64,000 nucleotides of DNA. It comes from Macrostomum lignano (lineage: Eukaryota). The position numbers were made by a program, and so were the translations under genes. The notes under the pieces were generated by a model. It did no database searches. It was given only the letters and a program-made list of their open reading frames with translations, and was not told the DNA's origin. Below are positions 53,367-64,000 of the stretch, one piece after another. The stretch lies in the NCBI GenBank assembly GCA_002269645.1, contig NIVC01000936.1, forward strand, positions 124,001 to 188,000. Direction: 5' to 3'. Position 1 is the stretch's first letter. Each line of letters opens with the position of its first letter.

Positions 53367-53988
53367 ATGCTCTGCAACCGCGGCAGCACTCCTACCTTTA
53401 ATAATGGCGGATGGACCGAGGTCCTCGACGCCACACTCGTTACCCCAAGACTCTTTGACAGAGTTGAGGAGTGGAGAGTCTGGTCTGAGGAGCCCTCCCT
53501 GTCTGACCACTGCTTTATCGCCTTTAACATCGCGGACACTAAAACCCAGTCTCCGATCACTTGGAGGCGCAATATCCGCAACACTGATTGGGCGGCCTAC
53601 AAGGCTGCCCTTGATCTGCACCTGCAGGAACTCACGGACTTACGTCCGATTGAGACCTGCGAGGATGTGGATCATATGGCTGAGACGCTGACAGGTTGCA
53701 TTATTGCAGCCTACGTAGCGGCTTGTCCTGCTCGCGCCTACAAAGGCAAGACCTCGGCGCCGTGGTGGAACCCGGAGCTGGGGAAACTCAGGCGGAAGGC
53801 CAAAAGCCTTTATCGCCGTGCCATGAAGACTGGAAACCCGGAGGACATGGAGCTTTTCCGGCAAGCCTCCCGCAATTTCAAATCTGAAGTGCGCAAGGCC
53901 AAGGAATGTAAGTGGCGCCAATTCTGCAATGAATTGGATCAAGACAGACCTACTTCCAGGCTTTTCAAGGCCTTCAGCTTCAGCTTCA
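53367..53988 (+). mobile_element. Inverted ORF2 fragment (APE C-terminus plus linker) from a different LINE family
   Basis: TPTFNNGGWTEVLDATL...SDHCFIAF...NTDWAAY...APWWNPEL is homologous to, but clearly diverged from, the host TFNNGRWAEVIDTTI...SDHRFIRF...NTDWAAF...APWWNPEL. Confidence 0.9.
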
Positions 53989-55616
53989 GAGAGTGGGAAG
54001 CGCTTCAGCTCGACTGAAAGTAGGCGCCAGAGCACCAGTCTCTCGAGGAGCTTGAGGCAGAAAGAAGTGAGGCTGATAGGCCTGAAGGCCTTCACCGATT
54101 GGTAGTCGCTCTTTCCAGGCTTGGGGATAAAGACCACCCGGGCCTCTCTCCATGCAACTGGTACATAGCCCAGCTCCATACAAGCTCGAAGGAGACGACA
54201 GAGCAGGTCCAGGAAGCGGTGGTTTTTCACCGCCTCGTGCAAGAACGCTGGGTAGATGCCGTCGGGCCCAGGCGCCTTGAACGGGTTAAAGGACCTTGCC
54301 GCTCTAATAATGCGGTCTTTGGTGATCATAGACTTTGCTAGGCCTTGCCCTCCCACTGTGTGGTCTGGCGGGCCCTGCTGAGTCGGAGATTTAGGGAAAA
54401 AACTGTTGAGCATGAGCTCTAGAGTCTCTTCCGAACTCTCTGTGACCGAGCCGTCAGGTCTCTTCACAACAGAGAGTTTAGAAAAACGGTCATTAGTGAG
54501 TGCCTTAACCACGCGGGCTACGGGGCGAGAGCCCTCAAGCCCTTCGCAATATTGGCGCCACTTGGCCGTCTTGGCCCTTCTGACTTGGCCCTTAAGCTCG
54601 TGGATTGCACGGGTATAGGCCTCTCTATCAGATGGGTCTTTGGTTTTGAGCGCTCGCCTTTGGAGGGTCCTGGCTCGGCGCCGAAGGGCCCCGAGCTCTG
54701 GGTTCCACCAGGGAGCAGATTTCTTGCCTTTGTAGGCCTTTAGGGGGCAGGCTGCTTCAAAGGCAGTGGTGATCGCCCCGCCCAGGGAGGAGGCGAGATA
54801 ATCCACCACCTGGCAGTCAGAGAGGTCACTGGGGGGGGTCAAGATCCCGAAGGCCGCGGCTCAGCTTCGAGCCAAAGGCGGCCCAATCGGTGTTCCTGAC
54901 GTTCCGACTCCAAGTGACCTTAGGCTTTTGCTTGGTCGGCCCAATGCAAAAGCGGATAAAGCGGTGGTCCGAGAGCGAGTCCTCGTCCCACACTCGCCAG
55001 CCCGTAACTGCGGAAAGCAGTCCGGGTGAGGCGATGGTGGTGTCGATGACTTCGGCCCACCGCCCATTATTGAACGTTGGTGCATTGCCCACGTTACAGA
55101 AATTGAGGTTTGTGCTGCTGACGTAGGCCAGCAGCTCCTCGCCTCTGTTGTGTTATTGGTGTTCTTGCTGCCCCAATGCAGGTGGTGTGCGTTCACATCC
55201 CCTGCGATGAGCAGCTCGAACCGACGGGACGCGGCGTAGTCAATGAGGTTGACTAGTGCCTCGCAGACTACTGGGGCATCGCCTGGGAAATAGGCAGATG
55301 CTACCAGCACAGGTTTATTTGGAATGAGGTTATTGATTTGAACAACACAGATGTCCCCAGTCGAGAGATCAGGTCTCATCCATGCCTCAAAAGCTTTTGC
55401 AGCAAAGACCAGAGATCTTGGGCGAGGCTGAGAGTCCGCCATGCAAAAACAGTGGTAGCCAGATGGCACATTATTTGGCTTACCTTTAGTCATCCAGGGC
55501 TCCTGCACGAAGACCAGGCCCGGAAGCTGTTGCTCTGTCGTGCGCATCAGATTGACTGACGCCGCCACGCAGTGCTGGGTGTTGATCTGCAGATACCAGG
55601 TAGCCGCTGGCATCAT
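53989..55616 (-). pseudogene. LINE ORF2 5' part: APE endonuclease, linker, RT N-terminus
   Basis: QINTQH, VQEPW, GDVNAHH, SDH, KAPGPDG, FRPISLTS. Frameshifts near 55145 and 54835. Confidence 0.93.
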
Positions 55617-57126
55617 TGCAGATCGCGTGTTGCAGTCGCCAGGAGTTCCTCCTCCTCCTCGGCGCTCACCAGCTTCGGGTCGGGGTCGCCGGTGTCCATG
55701 GGCTCCTCTTCAGCAAAAGGCCCCCGATTGGCTGGAAGGCAGTAGGCAGCGTTCGCCGCCCTTCGCCCACCGGCCACGGGGTCCTCCGCTTCAGACTGGC
55801 CCAATGCCCTGGAGCAGCCAGCCGCCTGGGCAGGCGGGTCCGTCTCCAGTCGGCCCTGCCCCGAGGGGTTGGGCCCAGCTGGGACATCCCCACCCTCCCT
55901 GGACGAACTGGTGCGCATAGGCGTCCCGGCGACCTCTCTCCTCAGCTGGGTGATTTTAGCGGTGCGGACCGCCTCAGCTGCGCGCTGGTACAGGCCGCGC
56001 CGCTTGGTGCTGCGCGCCGGGCGTCGGTCGCCTCCGCCCTCAGCAGCGCGTTCGGCTTTACCCGCGCGGCCGTGCTGCCGGGCGGGGCGGTTTGCTTTGG
56101 CAGCCTGAGCAGAAGCTCGCGCCTCGGCCCCGGCTGCCTCGGCATTCCGCCCGCCCTGCTCACTGCCACGGGGAGGGTCGGCCTCGTAGGAGCGGATGCG
56201 CAGCTTCCAAAGGCCGACGTTGATGAAGCTGCCGTGTGGATAGCGCCTCATCCAGGCGTCCGATAGCCCCAGGATGGCTGTGAAGCCAGTACCGTCGGTG
56301 CGCTTAAGGGTGTCATGCACCACTAGGCCCGCGGCGGGAAGCTCTCGGTTGACTGCAAGCAGTCCTCTCCGGAGCTCGTCAGCAGAGGTAACGACGCTCC
56401 TGGCCGGAACCCAGATTCGATGCCTCGTGGTCCGGGGGCGCTCGTCCTCTCTGCAGAAGGCTAGATTGAGGTCCCAGCTCTGCTCGGGCAGCAGCTCAAG
56501 GAGCCGCCGACCCGAGTCAGCATCACTGGGCCAAATGAGAAGGCACGAGTCCCTCGTCGCATTCGAATGAATGTTCAGAGGCGTGCCCTTCAGTTTGCTT
56601 CCACAGGAGGCCATCAACGGCACCTCTCACCTGCTTCAGCTGGTCGGGAGACAGGCGCGCGTCCTTCCCCAGAATGACAACCACCGGTTGCCTCTTTGCC
56701 GCATCAGCGTAGGAGGCCCAGGGGTCGGTGGAGCCTTCTTCAGGTGGGCTGTCCACCGGCTGCATCGGCCTCCCTATCCTGGGCAGGGGCTTCAGTGGGC
56801 TCGAGGCCCTCTTCCGCCACCGCCCCAGATTGGGAAGCTTCCGCTGCCGCGGGCCGTTGGCCCCTGGCACCGGTTTGGCTTCCGCCCTCCCTGGCCCGCC
56901 TCGCCTTGTTAAGTCGACGGCGGGCAGCTCCAGAGGTGGTGCTCAGCTGCTTGGCAGCTGGAGTAGCAGGTGTCTTCTCGGAGGCACCGCTCAGAGTTTG
57001 CTCCACGGGTCTCGCTGAGGCGTCCCCGATGGTAGCAAGTGGTATGGCCGCGGAGTCCACGGCCCCAGCCGAGGCCGGAGGCACTGTGTCATCCACAGCC
57101 GGTTGGTTACTTCGGTTAGAAGCCAT
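55613..57126 (-). pseudogene. LINE ORF1 (gag-like, SYADAAKR motif, no CCHC knuckle seen), two frameshifts
   Basis: Three overlapping ORFs (56740-57126, 56523-56870, 55613-56623) join into one product. The stop overlaps the ORF2 ATG (ATGA). Confidence 0.75.
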
Positions 57127-57601
57127 TGGCTGGAAGTAAAAAGGTGGGACTTCCTGCAGAACACAGGCAAAGAGCCGCAAGGCCGCAACCCCAAACCAAG
57201 CGGCAGGCCCCCAAAGAGCAAAATACCACCCTGCGGGGGGACCCAAAAGCGCAAGGGGAACCGTTAGCGACCAGACTACTCCCTGGCCAAGCGTCCATCA
57301 GCACGGAGTTACACTGGGACATTAGAGGGTGCGTTTATATGGTCACACCAGGACCCGGCACCAACGAATCAGCTCGGCAAGGCCCAAGAGCCTGCCTTAA
57401 CACCCACGGGACGAGTACCCTTCGAAGTGCGCCTTGCAAGATGAAAATCAGGAGACAGAGTCTCTTGAGCTATCAGCCCGCCAGGGGAGGCAGGTGTGAG
57501 CATCGCTGGCTGGGATAAGGGCCATACCAGTCTCATACTGCACAGATAGTTCACCACGCCATTGCGTGCAGGACCCGGGGTCCTGGGGGCAACAGCCCCG
57601 G

Positions 57602-58845
<1,244 letters not shown>

Positions 58846-59399
58846 ATCTCTAGTATCTATCAGTTCGATTCCTATCATATTACTTTTAGTAAAGGGCTTG
58901 GAAAATTTAACTGCCTTTATTTGTTAGTGAAGTATTGCAAAATTGCAGTGTTGTTCAGCTCAATGAAATATCGGAAGTCGAAGAAGAAACACAATTTCTG
59001 CTTCTAGAAGAAGCACAGCAAGTAAGAGAGACTCGAGCTTTCTATTTCTCACTGTTTTCCACTTTCCTCACTCGCTGTCTCCGTCTCTCTGTGCCGGTGA
59101 TTTATGACCCCGGCTGGGCCGTCCCTGATTTATCTCCTCCGAGTGCTACAGGGCAGCTGTTTCGAACATGTGTTTCAACCCCCCCCCCCCTGCTGTAAGA
59201 AGTGAGTCAGGCCCTGAGCAGATAACGCGCTTTCATGATGGGATTTGCCAGCCAGCCAGCCAGACCAGCCTCCCTTGGGAGTTTGACTCCCCCTTCACTG
59301 CTACAAGACGATAGAGTTTCTGACTGTCTTGGCGACTTGGAGATTACATTATCAGTTTTTTTAATTCGACTTTTACTTTGTAGGTGAATGATTCGTTTT

Positions 59400-59760
59400 A
59401 GAGTGAGTGAAGCGTCGTGACGGGTGAGTGAGGCGCCAAGGGAAGTAGTGGGGCGCCGTGATGGGTGAGTGAGGCGCCAAGGGAAGTAGTGGGGCGCCGT
59501 GACGGGTGAGTGAGGCGCCAAGGGAAGTAGTGAAGCGCCGTGATGAGTGAGTGAGGCGCCAAGGGAAGTAGTGAGGCACCGTGATGGGTAAGTGAGTTGC
59601 CAGCAGAGATACTGAGGTGCAAACAGAGATACTGAGGCGCAAACAGAGATACTGAGGCGCCAACAGAGATACTGAGGCGCCAGCAGAGATACTGAGGCGC
59701 CAGCAGAGATACTGAGGCGAAAACAGAGATACTGAGGCGCCAACAGATACTGAGGCGCCA
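59400..59760. repeat. Adjacent 41-bp and 20-bp minisatellites sharing GAGGCGCCA
   Basis: GTGAGTGAGGCGCCAAGGGAAGTAGTGGGGCGCCGTGATGG, then CAGAGATACTGAGGCGCCAG. Confidence 0.92.
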
Positions 59761-60624
59761 GCATTGACAATGACGCGCCACAGTTTCGCATCGGTGTTAG
59801 CACATATTAAAACTAAGCGAGCGAGCGAACTCTCGAGAAGGCCGGTGCCGGGGAGGGGATGAGGGGAGTTTGCGGCGGCTTATCTATTCGAGGCGGATTC
59901 GGGGAGCGCCGCGATGCGAAGTGAAAGAGCTACGTGACACGGCCGGATAAGGAGATACTCGCTAGCACTCGTTGCCCCATGCCACGGTTGAATGGGCGGC
60001 GGCGGCGGCTTCGCTAGAGACCCGAGTGAGAGCGAAGATGAGCAGAGAGACAGAGAGAGATTCGAAAGCTGAGCTGCTGGGCAGCCACCGCCCCCTCCCT
60101 CCATTCTTCCCAAAGCCGGCCGCACTCCAGCGAGCCGAGCGCCGAGCAGGGCAGGCCCCGATGATTGACTACCTGTCAGATGTGACACTAATCCGGAGCA
60201 AAACAGGTCTCCGGTCTGGGGATGGAGATGCAGGCGCGATGGGGAAGAGAGAGATTGGCGACCGGCGCGCGGTGGGGATCTGATTAATGGCGGGGAGATT
60301 TGCCCGAGCCCTAATCTCTGCCTCATTTGCTGCTCCATCGCAGCCTCGCAGCCAAAGTCCGGATCAATAGGGGGGGGGGGGGCTTGCGTGCCGCCGCTCT
60401 CTTGCAAATGAGGAAATTCGAAAAGACAAAACAGAGTAAAACCTTGGAAAGATGCAGGATGAAACTCTCTCTCTCTCTCTCTCTCAGCTTGCGTGAGAGA
60501 TTTTCTAAGAAATTTGGCCACGCCTAATTGGCCAATTAATCTCTGCGCTCGGCTCGGCTTGGCTGCTTTAATAATTGGAGAAGGCAGGCAACAGGCTGCG
60601 GCTCGGGTGCGCGAATTCTCCCTC

Positions 60625-61060
60625 ACTCCCCCACTCGCTCCCTCACTCTCTCCCTCACTCTCCCCCTCACTCTCTCCCTCACTCGCTCCCTCACTCTCTC
60701 CCTCACTCTCCCCCTCACTCTCCCTCTCACTTTCCCCTCACTCTCTCCCTCACTCTCCCCCTCACTCTCCCTCTCACTTTCCCCTCACTCTCTACCTCAC
60801 TCTCCCCCTCACTCTCCTCTCACTTTCCCCTCACTCTCTACCTCACTCTCCCCCTCACTCTCCCTCTCACTTTCCCCTCACTCTCTACCTCACTCTCCCC
60901 CTCACTCTCCCTCTCACTTTCCCCTCACTCTCTCCCTCACTCTTCCTCACTCTCTCCCTCACTCTCCCTCTCACTTTCCCCTCACTCTCTCCCTCACTCT
61001 TCCTCACTCTCTCCCTCTCTCTCCCTCACTCTCTCTCTCTCACTCTCTTTCTCGCATTCT
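60625..61060. repeat. Pyrimidine-rich CTCACTCTCC-type repeat
   Basis: Direct inspection. Confidence 0.92.
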
Positions 61061-61667
61061 CACTCTCTCCGTCTCACTTTAACCTTTTGTCTATCTCATT
61101 CCCTCTGCCTTTCCCCCTCTCTTCTTCTCTCCTACTCCCCAAGGAATTCCTCAAGAATCAATGGGTGCAGGTTGAGCTAGACCAGACTCTTGGCTCCCAC
61201 ACTTTCGATGCAGAAATTTTTCAAACACAGTTTTTCCTTAACATTTGTTTTTTTGTTTTTTTTCTTCGTTCTGTTTCGCACTCCTTCTTCTGCCAAGCTG
61301 TCACAGAGTCTCCTGATTTGGGACAGGACGGCAACTGGAAGCTTTTCAGATATTTTTGCTTGGATACCAGGCCTCTGCAGTTCCTTCTGCTTCTGCAGCT
61401 CCCAAGGTCTGCAACAGATTCTGGAATTAGTGAATTTGCCAATTTTTTTCTAATAAGAAAGTCAGCAACGGAGCGGGGCCTGGAGTTGCTCTGCAGAAAT
61501 GTTCCAGTCGATATTTCCGCTTTCTGGTTCAAATGTTTTTGACACAATCTCTTCTTTTAGAAGTGAGACGTTTGACGAGCAGATGGGAAAAGTAGTGAAC
61601 TGATTCTGCTCTGACTCTTTGGCGAGTTTTATCTATGTAAAATACCCCAATGTACGTAGTGAAATAT

Positions 61668-62901
61668 TAGGGGCTTCGCCACCGGGAGGGACAGGGGGAC
61701 ATGTCCCCCACAGTAAAAGTTGTGGGGGGGGACATGCCAATGCTTTGTCCCCCTCACCCAACCTCATGACCCGTTATGAAAATCAATAATTTTGCTTCAG
61801 GGTGACAAAATATAGTGCCTGTGGCGCTAAATGATTGCCTGCCGCGCTAAAATGAGTGCCTGCGGCGCTAAATGAGTGCCTGTGGCGCTAAATGATTGCC
61901 TGCCGCGCTAAAATGAGTGCCTGTGGCGCTAAAATGAGTGCTTGTGGCGCTAAAATGAGTGCCTGTGGCGCTAAAATGAGTGCCTGTGGCGCTAAAATGA
62001 TTGCCTGTGGCGCTAAAATGAGTGCCTGTGGCGCTAAAATGATTGCCTGCCGCGCTAAAATGAGTGCCTGCGGCGCTAAATGATTGCCTGCCGCGCTAAA
62101 ATGAGTGCCTGTGGCGCTAAAATGATTGCCTGCGGCGCTAAACTGAGTGCCTGCGGCGCTAAATGATTGCCTGCGGCGCTAAAATGAGTGCCTGCGGCGC
62201 TAAAATGATTGCCTGCCGCGCTAAAATGAGTGCCTGTGGCGCTAAAATGATTGCCTGCGGCGCTAAAATGAGTGCCTGCGGCGCTAAATGATTGCCTGCC
62301 GCGCTAAAATGAGTGCCTGTGGCGCTAAAATGATTGCCTGCGGCGCTAAACTGAGTGCCTGCGGCGCTAAATGATTGCCTGCGGCGCTAAAATGAGTGCC
62401 TGCGGCGCTAAATGATTGCCTGCGGCGCTAAAATGAGTGCCTGTTGCGCTAAAATGAGTGCCTGTGGCGCTAAAATGATTGCCTGCGGCGCTAAAATGAG
62501 TGCCTGCGGCGCTAAATGATTGCCTGCGGCGCTTAAATGAGTGCCTGTTGCGCTAAAATGAGTGCCTGTGGCGCTAAAATGATTGCCTGCGGCGCTAAAA
62601 TGAGTGCCTGCGGCGCTAAATGATTGCCTGCGGCGCTTAAATGATTGCCTGTGGCGCTAAAATGAGTGCCTGCGGCGCTAAAATGATTGCCTGCGGCGCT
62701 AAAATGAGTGCTTGCGGCGCTAAATGATTGCCTGCGGCGCTAAAATGAGTGCCTGTGGCGCTAAAATGATTGCCTGCGGCGCTAAAATGAGTGCCTGCGG
62801 CGCTGACAACACCGATTCTAAAAAGAATATGTACGAGCGTACATGTACATGTAGAATTCTTGGCTTTGTCCCCCTATCAAAAAACCATGGCGACGCCCCT
62901 G
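61668..62901. mobile_element. MITE-like element enclosing a 21-bp minisatellite (61815-62805)
   Basis: Left end AGGGGCTTCGCCA, right end reverse complement AGGGGCGTCGCCA, subterminal GGGGACATGTCCCC. Unit GCCTGTGGCGCTAAAATGAGT. No TSD found. Confidence 0.55.
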
Positions 62902-63339
62902 AGCATGATAAGCATAGATTGAAAATCAATCTATGTTTGATGCTGCAAGATTATAATAAACTCTATAAGCTTAAGCTGAAACAAAAAAAACATGATTTGA
63001 GCACAAATTGAGTCAGTCGAAAAACTCAGGAAAACATTAGCAAGCCCATTAAAGCGGCAGACAATGGAGTACCTGAACTCCACGTGAAATAAAGTTTTTT
63101 TCCTATCCCAAAGCTTTTAGCAGGGAAAAATTGTTAAATTCCCAAATCACTGCTGTTCCCACCGACAGAAATTAATTCTTTACAACTTTCCTCCATTGTG
63201 TCCGACTCCTGCCGTATTGGGAATAATAATGGCTGCATTTTTATGCAATTAGCCATTTAGTAGCGATGAGAAAAATTCTTCACTGCAGACTAAAAATTCT
63301 ACAAAAAAACTGCCTAATTATCTTTCTAAAGCAGAACTC

Positions 63340-64000
63340 ATCACAAACTAGGCACTTCACAAACTAGATGATTCACAAATTTGACACTTCACAAACTAAA
63401 AACTTTTTCACAAACTATAAGATTTACAAGCTTGACAATTCACAAACTAGACAATTCACAAACTGGACAATTCACAAGCTAGACAGTTCACAAACTAGAC
63501 AGTTCACAAACTAGACAGTTCACAAACTAGACATTTCACAAACTAGACAGTTCACAAACTAGACAGTTCACAAACTAGACAGTTCACAAACTAGACAGTT
63601 CACAAACTAGACAGTTCACAAACTAGACAGTTCACAAACTAGACATTTCACAAACTAGACAGTTCACAAACTAGACAGTTCACAAACTAGACATTTCACA
63701 AACTAGACAGTTCACAAACTAGACAGTTCACAAACTAGACAGTTCACAAACTAGACAGTTCACAAACTAGACAGTTCACAAACTAGACATTTCACAAACT
63801 AGACAGTTCACAAACTAGACAGTTCACAAACTAGACAGTTCACAAACTAGACATTTCACAAACTAGACAGTTCACAAACTAGACAGTTCACAAACTAGAC
63901 AGTTCACAAACTAGACAGTTCACAAACTAGACAGTTCACAAACTAGACAGTTCACAAACTAGACATTTCACAAACTAGACAGTTCACAAACTAGACAGTT
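63340..64000. repeat. 16-bp minisatellite running off the window
   Basis: Unit TTCACAAACTAGACAG. Confidence 0.97.

Larger units (their letters stand above)
51531..57601 (-). mobile_element. LOA-type (R1-related, RNase H-containing) non-LTR retrotransposon; chimeric and 3'-truncated
   Basis: 5' UTR, ORF1, APE, RT and RNase H in LINE order. Both ends abut (GATA)n. Confidence 0.93.

Noticed and set aside
54826-56870. Programmed frameshifting at the LINE ORF breaks
   Set aside because: The breaks are scattered and one sits in a G8 run. Decay or long-read indel errors are simpler explanations.
57330-57560. HDV-like ribozyme in the LINE 5' UTR
   Set aside because: The candidate P3/L3 elements (GCCTCCCCTGGC, CTCGTCCCGTGGG) lack a consistent P1, P1.1 and J4/2 catalytic C by hand folding.
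59880-61547. GC-rich ORFs upstream of the ETS gene
   Set aside because: They have no recognisable domain and cross simple repeats. The region may be promoter or 5' UTR, but no TSS can be supported.

Overview
Eukaryotic (metazoan) genomic DNA with GC- and CpG-rich exons and introns almost filled by intron-specific minisatellites. This style fits the flatworm Macrostomum, but the taxon is an inference. I reconstructed these genes by hand, checking splice phases: nine exons (about 1399 aa) of a MAP3K4/MEKK4 orthologue on the minus strand, with the kinase domain lying beyond position 1, plus a degenerate tandem duplicate of its 5' unit; a 108-aa TM+RING gene; an 89-aa roh/CG30415-like gene; a two-exon 69-aa microprotein missed by the ORF track; a six-exon ankyrin-repeat gene of about 1400 aa; and a three-exon, highly divergent ETS-domain gene. 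Mobile elements include two minisatellite-carrying non-autonomous Helitrons, a CpG-depleted mariner relic, two MITE-like elements, a tRNA-derived SINE, an old LOA-type 3' relic, and a 6.1-kb LOA-type LINE (ORF1, APE, RT, RNase H) inside a (GATA)n array. That LINE is 3'-truncated, chimeric, and begins with three back-to-back hairpins. Most long ORFs in the track are translations of repeats. All family assignments come from recalled motifs and hand alignment, not from database searches.
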